A DNA stretch of 64,000 bases from Phyllobates terribilis (lineage: Eukaryota). The stretch is from assembly GCF_046119375.1 (NCBI RefSeq), contig NW_027362768.1, forward strand, positions 196,912,001 through 196,976,000, given 5' to 3'. Shown here piece after piece: positions 39,793 through 51,925 of the stretch. The translations under genes and the position numbers were made by a program. Position 1 is the stretch's first letter, and each line of letters opens with the position of its first letter. Below the pieces are notes generated by a model. The model was not told where the DNA came from. It worked only from the letters and a program-made list of their open reading frames with translations, and searched no databases.

Positions 39793-40590
39793 GTCTGGCC
39801 TGGGGTCTTTGTTTCTATTTGGGGGTCTGGTCTGGGGTCTTCGTTTCTATTTGGGGGTCTGGTCTGGGGTCTGTGTTTATATTTGGGGGTCTGGGGTCTT
39901 TGTTTCTATTTGGGGGTCTGGTCTGGGGTCTGTGTTTATATTTGGGGTCTGGTCTGGGGTCTTTGTTTTTATTTGGGGATCCCGGGTCTTTGTTTCTAAT
40001 TGGGGGTCTGGTCTGGGTTCCTTGTTTATATTTAGGGGTCTGGTCTGGGGTCTTTGTTTATATTTGGGGTCATGGTCTGGGGTCTTTGTTTATATTTGGA
40101 GGGCTGATCTGGGGTCTTTGTTTATATTTGGGGGTCTGGGGTCTTTGTTTATATTTGTGGGTATGGCCTGGGGTCTTTGTTTTTATTTGGGGATCTGGGG
40201 TCTTTGTTTCTAATTGGGGGTCTGGTCTGGGGTCTTTGTTTCTATTTGGGGGTCTGGTCTGGGGAATTTGTTTCAATTTGGGGGTCTGGTGTCTTTGTTT
40301 GTCTTTGGGGGGGTCTGGTCTCTTTGTATATATTTGAGGGTCTGGGGTCTTTGTTTCTATTTGGGGGTCTGGTCTGGGGTCATTGTTTATATTTGGGGGT
40401 ATGGCCTGGGGTTTTTGTTTTTATTTGGGGATCTGGGGTCTTTGTTTCTAATTGGGGGCCTGGTCTGGGGTCTTTCTTTACATTTGGGGGTCTGGACTGT
40501 GGTCTTTGTTTATATTTTGGGGTCTGGGGGTCTTTGTTTATATTTGGGGGTCTGGTGACTGTATCTATGGGTCTTTATTTGGGTGTCCGG
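39793..40590. repeat. Degenerate GT-rich minisatellite (TGGGGGTCTGGTCTGGGGTCTTTGTTTATATT variants)
   Basis: Repeated units of about 27-32 bp. Confidence 0.9.
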
Positions 40591-43500
40591 GGACTCTATG
40601 AAAGGATCATTTTTGCTTTTTTCATTCAGTGTTGTATATTGGGGGTATCTTAAATCTTTTGCACTTTTTGAAACCCCCCTTCTCAATAGTTGACACGTTG
40701 GACGCTGTGGCCCTGAGGGGTTTTATTTGTCCCAGTAAAGAGGAGATTTGGGGGGCTCACAGATGCCCTGACAGCCCTATTGTAAGTCCTGAATTTGTCC
40801 GGATGTTTTAGGTACAATCCCAGCAAATTCTGAATGGTCCTGAGCCTAAACGAGGCGGGGTTTATGTGCACGTCACCCTGAAGTGGGCGGTCCCTCTCAG
40901 TTTTGGGGGTGATCCCAGGCCAGACTTAAACACCCCTCTTCTGCCAATCGCAGTTTTAGTAATAATTTAAACTAGGGCTGAAATTCGGATTCACCAGCTT
41001 CACTGAAGTTTTCCAAAAAATTACATTCACAGCAAATCAAAGGTGCTCTAATTGTCCTGAGAATACGAGTGTAACACTCTGAGGACACCTAGGACTGTAT
41101 CCAGACTCTGCCAAGGTCTTTAATGTAAACCCAGCCTCAGTAACGTCACCGTAATCACCACATATCTGGTAATGGGTAGCCGGGTGATAGCCGCTCTTCA
41201 CTGCTGTGCTGTCACACACTGTCTGCACAGTTTATTCAGTGTTTTAAGGTTTTCTCTCCCTATGTCTAGGGCTGAACTGTGACATCCTCTCACTATCCGG
41301 ATTCACCATAACATGACTGCCTCATTCCCTGCTTCGGCTTTTATACTGGCTGTGATAGTCCCATTATGGGGAGGTCTATCCAAAGTCATGTGATCCTTCT
41401 CTGATCTATGCAATGTTCTGCAATGTGAAAGACGTCTATGAAATAACAGATTCCAGGTTCCCCGGGTTCAGCAAGTTCCAAAAACTTCAAAACTACTTTG
41501 CATACTATGTGTCAGGTAGAGCAGCACCTGGACAATGGTTTCCGACCCATCCGTGTAATATCACATGTCCCATTTCTTCTGGGCGACCGCCTGCCGCTGC
41601 CTCCTCTGATACATGTATCGTCTCCCAGTTCCTCATGTTTGTTCTTCCTTCCTCTTGGCCATAGTTCTCGGCATTTAGACGTGCGGAGACGCTGATGATG
41701 GTGACAGTGATATCCCGGGTGACATTACCTTCATGTCACCTGTGTCGTGCGGCTTCACGGTGGCCGGAGCATTCAGACAAGGACGTGCGCTCTCTTCCCG
41801 CTCTTCTCGTAACTTCTTCATGAATACTTTATATCAGGGATACGATCCCTTCTTATTGTTGCACCTGTCACACAAAGCCGCACAGATCACGACAGCAAGA
41901 AATCAGCGCCATGGAACAGAGGAAGCGGATGAGCAGAGACACCGGACATAACACAGAGCATCTCTGCTGCCGCTAATCAGGGGGCTTCTGCCAAGAAAGG
42001 GAAAATGCCTCAAATGTATCAAATTCTGAAAACTTACACTCCACATTATAGGACAGATGTAGAAAAGTATTTAGGTGAGAAGTGTCCAATCGCTGGTGGT
42101 CTCACCCCGACCCATCATGAGAGCCCCCATGTGAATGGCGCGGTGCTCACACTGTTCTGTCTATGGGACGGATGGAGATGATGCTCGGCTGTCTGCACTC
42201 CATTCACCGAGGGACACAGGACCCCCACGATCAGCAGGACCCCCGCGATCATAGGCTTATGACCTCTCCTGAGCTGAGGACTCTTTATGGACCAGCGTCT
42301 TTTACCCTTTTGGATGCAGCTATTTAGGTGAAGTGGTTTTTCCATCCCTGTTCCCAAGAGCCATAACGCTCATCTCTCCGCCGGTGCAGCCGTTTGAGGG
42401 CCTGATCTTCTATGTGACCTCAGCTATATACTGTACGTATAATGTAGGCAACATCTCGTTACTTGATGTTGGGGGGAATATATAAGAACAGTAATGGTCT
42501 TGAGTATAGACGTCGAGGTCCGGAGCGGCTGCAGGACTCCTGCCCCGAACTCTGCAGCCTCGGAGGCGTTGATGAAGCTGTGGAGTTCATACATCGCACT
42601 CCGTATGTGTGAAGCCGGACTTAGGCCGTGTGCACACGGAAATATTTTTCTTGCAATCAAAAAGTGAGGAAATGCTTCAAGTTTTTTTGAAGATAATTTT
42701 AAGCGCTTATCAAGTGTTTTTGGAGACTTTTTTTGCAGCCTTTTGATGGCGCTGTGCCCAGACTGCAGCCGATTCCTTCAGGAGACGTCTCCTAGAAGCG
42801 ACACGCTCCTTCTTTTTTCCACCGGTCATTTTTCAAAACTCCGTTAGAAGAAAAAAAAAAAACATTCAAGAATTTTATATGAACGTGAAAGGGGATTTCC
42901 CATAGGAACAAATAGGAAGATGGTTCCAAACATTTTTTGAAGAGGATTTTGGAGAGGATCCGCTCTGAAAAAATAATCCTGATAAAGCCCCATGTGAACA
43001 TAGCCTAAGGAGTTGCTGAGAGGAGCTGGCATTTGGCCAGTGGGCCCCTCTGCCAGCACTCACCCAATGATACCAGCCTGCCAGTGCACACAAGCCGTTC
43101 TTTCATACAGATTTACGGCCTGCGGGATATAAGTCACAGTGCACACTTGTCTGGTGCACTTTCTGCCCAATCTAGTCCATGCCAATACCCGGCCACTGCT
43201 GTGCGGATCATGGCATGTGCAATCTGCGACCAATTTTATCTGTAGAATTATCCTGACCGGTCAGAAACCTGTGTGTGTGAACGCAGCTTTATACAATGCG
43301 TCTCTGACTTCTGGACTAGCAGCCAATTTACCTGCCCACAACCAAACCCCTCATTACGAAATTGCAGCCCTGGAGCCGGTGGAGCCGTGTCCTGACGACA
43401 GAGGCGTTCTGCACACTTGTAGGACACAACAAACACCGCGCTCTTGGCTGGGATGTAGTATGTGGAGATTACAGCCGGTCCTGTGTGTCCAGGGAGTGGC

Positions 43501-43608
43501 AGCTACACGCCGGCTCCGGAGACTGGAGATGTGGGGCTCCGGACAGGACAGATCTCACTACTGACTTATTGCCACCATGCAAACGTCGACTTTGGGTTTT
43601 TATTCGCC

Positions 43609-43659
43609 ATGGATCAGACTCACACTCCAATGAACCAGACGAGGCCGTCAACAGCCGGG
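43609..43659 (+). CDS. SPATA1: SPATA1 first coding exon (predicted)
   Basis: GCCATGG start encoding MDQTHTPMNQTRPSTAG, then donor GTGAGA in phase 0 with the next exon. RPST resembles the mammalian N-terminal RPSS. The start could be the ATG at 43630. Confidence 0.6.
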
Positions 43660-44309
43660 GTGAGAGCGGAGACGTCTCCGAGATTCCTATGTGTCTCTTG
43701 GGACTGCCACTGCCATGTATCTGGTGGATCCGCGTGGGAACGTCTGGTGGCTGAAATGCAATGTATGAATGGACCTGGATGTGATTGTGGATCATTGGGT
43801 CTGAAAACCGGCGACCGAGAAATCAAAGCATAAGGGCACATTCACACGAGGCAGATTCGCCGCAGACATTTCTGTGAGCGTCAGATTTGCCTGAATGGAT
43901 CTTGCAGAAATGAATTTATTTTTGCAACCAGATGAATGATGAGATGAACGGTATTTTATCATTTGGGTGATTTATTTTCTTTTTTTGTGATCTCGAGGTT
44001 TCGGACTTCACGTTATGAAGGAAACTTTGGGAACAAGTTACAGGGTAGATATAATATGATGAAAATTGTGTTTTTTCAAGTCTTTGAATTCCCTCAGTAC
44101 ATTATGATATAAGGCAGCTCGCAAAGAAAGGAAACAGTGGCAGGAAAAACATTCTTCAGTGCTGCCCGAATGTGCCCCTCTCCCCATGGGGAAATCCATT
44201 TAGTTTTCTGTTAAAAAGCAAAATAGAGGCTAAATATGACGGATGTCCCCACGGCACACAGTGACACCATGCAGAGACGCTGGCACACTGGTGAACTCCA
44301 CGCTTGCTA

Positions 44310-45153
44310 CATAGTTCTCCAGTACAAGTCCCCTGATGATAAAGTCCCCCCATAGTTCTCCGGTACAAGTCCCCTGGTAATATCGTCCCCCCATAGTTCT
44401 CCAGTACAAGTCCCCTGGTGATATCGTCCCCCCATAGTTCTCCAGTACAAGTCCCCTGGTGATATCGTCCCCCCATAGTTCTCCGGTACAAGTCCCCTGG
44501 TGATAACGTCCCCCCATACTTCTCCAGTACAAGTCCTCTGATGATAACGTCCCCCCATAGTTCTCCAGTACAAGTCCCCTGGTGATAACATCCCCGATAG
44601 TTCTCCAGTACAAGTCCCCTAATGATAAAGTCCCCCCATAGTTCTCCAGTACAAGTCCCCTGATGATAACGTCCCCCCATAGTTCTCCAGTACAAGTCCC
44701 CTGGTGATAACGTCCCCCAATAGTTCTCCAGTGCAAGTCCCCTGGTGATAACGTCCCCCAATAGTTCTCCAGTACAAGTCCCCTGGTGATAACGTCCCCC
44801 ATGGTTCTCCAGTACAAGTCCCCTGATGATAACGTCCCCCCATAATTCTCCAGTACAAGTCCCCTGGTGATAACGTCCCCCCCATAATTCTCCAGTACAA
44901 ATCCCCTGGTGATAACGTCCCCCAATAGTTCTCCAGTACAAGTCCCCTGGTAATAACATCCCCCCATAGTTCTCCAGTACATGTCCCCTGGTGTTAACGT
45001 CCCCCCATAGTTCTCCAGTACAAGTCCCCTGGTGATAACGTCCCCCAATAGTTCTCCAGTACAAGTCCCCTGGTGATAACGTCCCCCCCATAATTCTCCA
45101 GTACAAGTCCCCTGGTGATAACGTCCCCCCATAGTTCTCCAGTACAAGTCCCC
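44310..45153. repeat. 40-42 bp minisatellite, about 21 copies
   Basis: Unit CATAGTTCTCCAGTACAAGTCCCCTGGTGATAACGTCCCC(C)n. Confidence 0.95.
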
Positions 45154-45416
45154 ATGTTCTGACCCCACGGTTTCTTTCCCAGCCCCTGATGGTGCATATC
45201 CATCGTCTGTCCGCCAGCTGAGGGCTGATAGGAAGGTTCCTGATATTCCTTTATAATCCAATGTGAGGTTCTGAACAAGAAAATCTATAAACCAGGGGAA
45301 ATGTGTTTGCACCTTTCTGACATGAAATAGTAGGTGACTTCTGATGATGGGGGTGGTAGTATGAATGCATCAGATCTATATAGAGTATATGTAATGTATG
45401 GCCGCCTGTATTTCAG

Positions 45417-45523
45417 CTGATAGAGCTGCACGTCTATCTTGTGCCAGAAGATCTGTGGAGCCCCAAACTAAATAAAGCCTCTCTGGACGTGATTGGGAGA
45501 TTTATCTCACTGGGATTCATCAG
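45417..45523 (+). CDS. SPATA1: SPATA1 coding exon (107 bp)
   Basis: LIELHVYLVPEDLWSPKLNKASLDVIGRFISLGFI, similar to mammalian LVELHVFYVPEGSW...KFISAGFL as I recall it; AG/GT-bounded. Confidence 0.85.
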
Positions 45524-45728
45524 GTAAAGAAAATAACGAAGTCTTTGTATGTCCTGACCACGGCATTACTGCTACTGGCTTATTTTATCATATCTATAAA
45601 GTGACCCATAAAAAAATAAAATACATTTGTCCACAGTGTCCCCACATGTTTGTCAGATGTACTGTCCCTTGTAGCATTCTAAATCCTATAAGGACATACG
45701 AGTGTCCCCCGTCCACCATTATGTAGTA

Positions 45729-46832
45729 ATGTCTCCCATCCTGGATCCTTTCTGGTATATATGTTCCTTATCCTGGTATATATGTCCCCCATCCTGGTAT
45801 ATATATCCCCTATCCTGGTATATATGTCCCCCATCCTGGTATATATGTCCCTCATCCTCTTATATATATCCTCCATCCTGGTATATATGTCCCCCGTCCT
45901 GGTATATATGTCCCCCATCCTGGTATATATGTCCCTTATCCTCAGCCCCATCCTGGTATATATGTCCCCCATCCTGGTATATATGTCCCTTATCCTGGTA
46001 TATATGTCCCTTATCCTGGTACATATATCCCCCATCCTGGTATATATGTCCCTTATCCTCAGTCCCATCCTGGTATATATGTCTCTTATCCTCAGCCCCA
46101 TCCTGGTATATATGTCCCTTATCCTCAGCCCCATCCTGGTATATATGTCCCTTATCCTCGGCACCATCCTGGCATATATATCCCCCATCCTGGTATGTAT
46201 GTGTCCCTTATCCTGATATATATGTCCCTTATCCTGGTATATATGTCTCCCATCCTGGTATATATGTCCCTTATCCTGGATCCTTTCTGGTATATATGTC
46301 CCTTATCCTGGTATATATGTCCCCCATCCTGGTATATATGTCCCCTCATCCTTGTACATATATTCCCCATCCTGGTATATATGTCCCCCATCCTGGTATA
46401 TATATCCCCCTTCCTGGTATATATGTCCCCCATCCTGGTATATATGTCTCCCATCCTGGTATATGTATCCCCCATCCTGGTATATATGTCCCTTATCCTG
46501 GTATATATGTCCCCCATCCTGGTATATATGTTTCCCATCCTGGTTTATATGTCCCTCATCCTCATCCCCATCCTGGTATATATGTCCCCCATCCTGGTAT
46601 ATATGTCCCCCATCCTGGTATATATGTCCCTTATCCTGGTATATATGTCCCTTATCCTGGTATATATATCCTCCATCCTGGTATATATGTCCTTTATCCT
46701 GGCATATATGTCCCCCATCCTGGTATATATGTCCCTTATCCTGGTATATATATCCTCCATCCTGGTATATATGTCCCTTATCCTGGTATATATATCCCCC
46801 ATCCTGGTATATATGTCCCCCATCCTTGTATA
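45729..46832. repeat. 21-bp minisatellite, left half (TATATATGTCCCCCATCCTGG)
   Basis: 21-bp period, interrupted by the Tc1 at a TA. Confidence 0.95.
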
Positions 46833-48402
46833 CAGTCATGGCCAAAAGTTTTGAGAATGACACCAAAATTATATTTTCACATGATCTGCTGGCCTCTGGT
46901 TTTTATTAGTGTTTGTCTGATGTTTATATCACATACAGAAATATAATTGCAATCATATTATGAGTACCAATAGGTTATATTGACAGTTAGAATGAGTTAA
47001 TGCAGCAAGTCAATATTTGCAGTGTTGCCCCTTCTTCTTCAAGGCCTCTGTAATTCTCCCTGGCATGTTCTCAATCAACTTTTGGACCAAATCCTGACTG
47101 ATAGCAGTCCATTCTTGCATAATCAATGCTTGCATTTTGCCAGAATTTGTTGGTTTTTGTTTGTCCACCCGTCTCTTGATGATTGACCACAAGTTCTCAA
47201 TGGGATTAAGATCTGAGGAGTTTCCAGGCCATGGACTCAAAATCTCTATGTTTTGTTCCATGAGCCATTTTGTTATCACCTTTGCTTTATGGCAAGGTGC
47301 TCCATCATGCTGGAAAAGGCATTTTTGGGCACCAAACTGCTCTTGGACGGTTGGGAGAAGTTGCTCTTGGAGGACATTCTGGTACCATTCTTTATTCATG
47401 GCTGTGTTTTTAGGCAAGACTGTGAGTGAGCCGATTCCCTTGGCTGAGAAGCAACCCCACACATGAATGGTTTCAGAATGCTTTACAGTTGGCATGAGAC
47501 ATGACTGGTGGTAGCGCTCACCTCTTCTTCTCCGAATAAGCTGTTTTCCAGATGTCCCAAATATTCGAAAAGGGGATTCATCAGAGAAAATGACTTTGCC
47601 CCAGTCCTCAGCAGTCCACTCCCTGTACCTTTTGCAGAATATCAGTCGGTCCCTGATGTTTTTTCTGGAGAGAAGTGGCTTCTTTGCTGCCCTCCTTGAA
47701 ACCAGTCCTTGCTCAAAGAGTCTCCACCTCACAGTGCGTGCAGAAGCACTCACACCAGCCTGCTGCCATTCCTGAGCAAGCTCGGCACTGCTGGTAGTCC
47801 GATCCCGCAGCTGAAACAGTTTTAAGATACGGTCCTGGCGCTTGCTGGTCTTTCTTGGGCGCCCTGGAGCCTTTTTGACAACAATGGAAGCTCTCTCCTT
47901 GAAGTTCTTGATGATGCGATAGATTGTTGACTGAGGTGCAATCTTTGTAGCTGCGATACTCTTCCCTGTTAGGCCATTTTTGTGCAGTGCAATGATGGCT
48001 GCACGTGTTTCTTTAGAGATAACCATGGTTAACTGAAGAGAAACAATGATACCAAGAACCAGCCTCCTTTTAAAGTGTCCAGTGATGTCATTCTTACTTA
48101 ATCATGACTGATTGATCGCCAGCCTTGTCCTCATCAACACCCACACCTGTGTTAATGGATGAATCACTAAAACGATGTTAGCTGCTCCTTTTAAGGCAGG
48201 ACTGCAATGATGTTGAAATGTGTTTTGGGGGTTAAAGTTCATTTTCTGGGCAAATATTGACTTTGCAAGTACAGTAATTGCTGTTAAGCTGATCACTCTT
48301 TTACATTCAGGAGTATATGCAAATTGCCATTACAAAAAATGAAGCAGTAAACTTTGGAAAAATTAGTATTTGTCTCATTCTCAATATTTTTGGCCATGAC
48401 TG
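46833..48402 (-). mobile_element. Full-length Tc1/mariner DD35E (Traveler-like) transposon, 1570 bp
   Basis: 28-bp TIRs CAGTCATGGCCAAAA.T.TTGAGAATGA (26/28 match), TA on both sides and one intact transposase ORF. Confidence 0.95.
47010..48026 (-). CDS. Intact 338-aa Tc1-family transposase, DD35E
   Basis: HTH N-terminus, GRPR, FSDES, FQHDGAPCH...[12 protein letters not shown] count 35 residues between the second D and the E. Confidence 0.95.
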   Translation of the reverse strand: MVISKETRAAIIALHKNGLTGKSIAATKIAPQSTIYRIIKNFKERASIVVKKAPGRPRKTSKRQDRILKLFQLRDRTTSSAELAQEWQQAGVSASARTVRWRLFEQGLVSRRAAKKPLLSRKNIRDRLIFCKRYREWTAEDWGKVIFSDESPFRIFGTSGKQLIRRRRGERYHQSCLMPTVKHSETIHVWGCFSAKGIGSLTVLPKNTAMNKEWYQNVLQEQLLPTVQEQFGAQKCLFQHDGAPCHKAKVITKWLMEQNIEILSPWPGNSSDLNPIENLWSIIKRRVDKQKPTNSGKMQALIMQEWTAISQDLVQKLIENMPGRITEALKKKGQHCKY

Positions 48403-50180
48403 TATATGTGCCTTATCCTGGTATATATATCCTCCATCCTGGTATATATATCCTCCATCCTGGTATATATGTCCCTTATCCTGGTATATATCTCCCCCAT
48501 CCTGGTATATATATCCTCCATCCTGGTATATATGTCCCTTATCCTGGTATATATATCCTCCATCCTGCTATATATGTCCCTTATCCTGGTATATATATAT
48601 CATCCATCCTGGTATATATATCCTCCATCCTGGTATATATGTCCCTTATCCTGGTATATATCTCCCCCATCCTGGTATATATATCTTTCATCCTGGTATA
48701 TATGTCCCTTATCCTGGTATATATATCCTCCATCCTGCTATATATGTCCCTTATCCTGGTATATATATCCCCCATCCTGGTATATATCTCCCCCATCCTG
48801 GTATATATGTCCTCCATCCTGGTATATATGTCCCTTATCCTGGTATATATATCCTCCATCCTGGTATATATGTCCCTTATCCTGGTATATATATCCTTCA
48901 TCCTGGCATATATATCCTCCATCCTGGTATATATGTCCCTTATCCTGGTATATATCTCCCCCATCCTGGTATATATATCCTCCATCCTGCTATATATGTC
49001 CCTTATCCTGGTATATATCTCCCCCATCCTGGTATATATATCCTTCATCCTGGTATATATGTCCCTTATCCTGGTATATATATCCTCCATCCTGCTATAT
49101 ATGTCCCTTATCCTGGTATATATATCCCCCATCCTGGTATATATCTCCCCCATCCTGGTATATATGTCCCCCATCCTGGTATATATGTCCCTTATCCTGG
49201 TATATATATCCTTCTTCCTGGTATATATATCCTCCATCCGGGTATATATGTCCCTTATCCTGGTATATATATCCTCCATCCTGGTATATATATCCTCCAT
49301 CCTGGTATATATGTCCCTTATCCTGGTATATATCTCCCCCATCTTGGTATATATATCCTCCATCCTGGTATATATGTCCCTTATCCTGGTATATATATCC
49401 TCCATCCTGCTATATATGTCCCTTATCCTGGTATATATATCTTCCATCCTGCTATATATGTCCCTTATCCTGGTATATATATATCCTCCATCCTGGTATA
49501 TATATCCTCCATCCTGGTATATATGTCCCTTATCCTGGTATATATCTCCCCCATCCTGGTATATATATCCTCCATCCTGGTATATATGTCCCTTATCCTG
49601 GTATATATATCCTCCATCCTGCTATATATGTCCCTTATCCTGGTATGTATATCCCCCATCCTGGTATATATGTCCCCCATCCTGGTATATATGTCCCTTA
49701 TCCTAGTATATATGTCCCTTATCCTGGTATATATGTCCCTTATCCTGGTATATATATCCTCCATCCTGCTATATATGTCCCTTATCCTGGTATATATCTC
49801 CCCTATCCTGGTATATATATCCTCCATCCTGCTATATATGTCCCTTATCCTGGTATATATGCCCCCCATCCTGGTATATATATCCCCCATCCTGGTATAT
49901 ATGTCCCCCATCCTGGTATATATGTCCCCCATCCTGGTATATATGTCCCCCATCCTGGTATATATGTCCCTTATCCTGGTATATATATCCTTCATCCTGG
50001 TATATATATCCTCCATCCTGGTATATATATCCTTCATCCTGGTATATATATCCTCCATCCTGGTATATATGTCCCCTATCCTGGTATATATGTCCCCAAT
50101 CCTGGTATATATCCCCCATCCTGGTTTATATATCCCCCATCCTGGTATATATATCCCCCATCCTGATATATATGTCACCC
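48403..50180. repeat. 21-bp minisatellite, right half
   Basis: Variants TATATATATCCTCCATCCTGG and TATATATGTCCCTTATCCTGG. Confidence 0.95.
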
Positions 50181-50382
50181 ATTCTGCCGTTATTCTTTAA
50201 TGCATTATTCTTTTCACCTTCCCTCCACTCCCCCCCCCCGCTGCAGAGGTGGTTTCCACTAGAAAAATGAACCCCTGTAAAACCTCTGTGTGCACACAGC
50301 CTGAATGCCTCTTTACACATCAGAACGGCAGGGGACGTCCTCATGGCAGGAGGACTCTTGTTAACGGCTGGCTCTTTTTCAG

Positions 50383-50500
50383 TGTGCCCCCTGATATGAA
50401 GCTGCGGATGCTGAGAGAGAACCTGGCTGGATTCCTGGGGGACGAAGTCGTCACAGACAAGTTTGTGTTCCTGAAATGTGTCGGGAGCAGCCTGGCCGTG
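50383..50500 (+). CDS. SPATA1: SPATA1 coding exon (118 bp)
   Basis: VPPDMKLRMLRENLAGFLGDEVVTDKFVFLKCVGSSLAV, similar to mammalian LRALRERLGEFLGEDAIAEKFLFLKCIGNNLAV as I recall it; phase matches the neighbouring exons. Confidence 0.88.
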
Positions 50501-50580
50501 GTAACTTTCTGTGTTATAGACGTGATTAGTACCAGAGTCCGGTCTCTTGACTTCTTGGTAATCTGATGACTCCCTGAGTA

Positions 50581-50754
50581 TTATATGAGTCATCTCGTCT
50601 TTATATGAGTCATCTCGTCTTTGTATGAGTCATCTCGTCTTTGTATGAGTCATCTCGTCTTTATATGAGTCATCTCGTCTTTGTATGAGTCATCTCGTCT
50701 TTATATGAGTCATCTCGTCTTTATATGAGTCATCTCGTCTTTGTATGAGTCATC
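50581..50754. repeat. 20-bp minisatellite x9, each unit with ATGAGTCAT (AP-1 consensus)
   Basis: Unit TT[A/G]TATGAGTCATCTCGTCT. Confidence 0.95.
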
Positions 50755-51925
50755 CATCTGGCTTGGTGATATTTGCTGTTCGTCATCCTGTATAGTCTGG
50801 CCTCCGATAGCTGCTTACTCGGGGGCGTTACTCTAATTATTCCTCCTTTTGGGTGGGCTTTCACATCACCCCGCTGTGTAGATTACGGCATACATGACCT
50901 GATGTTCATTGTTGGAATTAGTGGGACGTGGGGACAGTTTGTGCCATCCTGTCGGTCCCATAGCTCGCAGGAGCGGAGTCCCTGTAGGTTGGACCGGAAG
51001 GCTCCTCATCTTTCCGTGTTGTCAGTCCTGGAATTATGCTGCTCATAACGGGGTGCAACTGCTGCAAACAGACCCACGTGGGGCATTTCGGGGGATTTGT
51101 ACATGTTCCTGTGCAGTCTTATTGGAAAATTGCATCAAATAAACTTAAAGCGGTGGCCTCCTGAGGACTGGCACTTCTTATGTCCGGCGATCGGCTGATC
51201 CAGAAGTGGCGGCTCTTCGTACACATCTGCAATGACCGCTGCATGGAAAAATCTAGTATTACATTCCCGCCATTTGTATGCCACGCTGGGTATACCAGAG
51301 AAGGGGCTGCTCTCCATGCTGGCTGGTAAAGGGGGTCTGGAGTGGGGGGCTGTGTCTATCATATCCACAGGGTTTATGGACAGTGCAGCAGTCACTGAGG
51401 TCACCATGGGACCGTATTACGTCCTTTTATACCCCACCTTTCTCCAGGCTCATCTTTATGTCATCCATGAGTAATGTGCATGGCATCCTGCGCAGTGGGA
51501 CGTGCCGGGATACCTGACAGGTGCACTACATGGCGATTCCTTCTGTCATTCCGCAATCCTTCATCCTGGCAACACAACTTCATTGTTTTGTGGCCAAATA
51601 TTTGCAGAGTTTCCCGGAGATGCGATTTCACAATCGTTACACAACTCATCTCCTCGGTGCTCTGCAGACACTGAGTTCTCCATTAACTTCTATATTAGGC
51701 TGCGGATAAAAAGTATCTGAGATTCTCAGCCAGAAAAGTTGGAGAATGTCAGGCAAGTGTCAGGCGGGCTTTATTCTCATCTGGTCTCACATAGCATCTG
51801 TATGACATGCGTTTTTAACATCAGCTTTTCATACAGTAAGTCTCTGGAATTTTAAGCTAGTTTTGTAACTAATAGAACAATCTTATGCTCAGCTATAGAT
51901 AGGTAGAAATAAGTCATTAAGATAT

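Noticed and set aside
38050-50200. Long ORFs at 38-40 kb, 44-47 kb and 48-50 kb (other than the Tc1 transposase)
   Set aside because: Low-complexity translations of tandem repeats.
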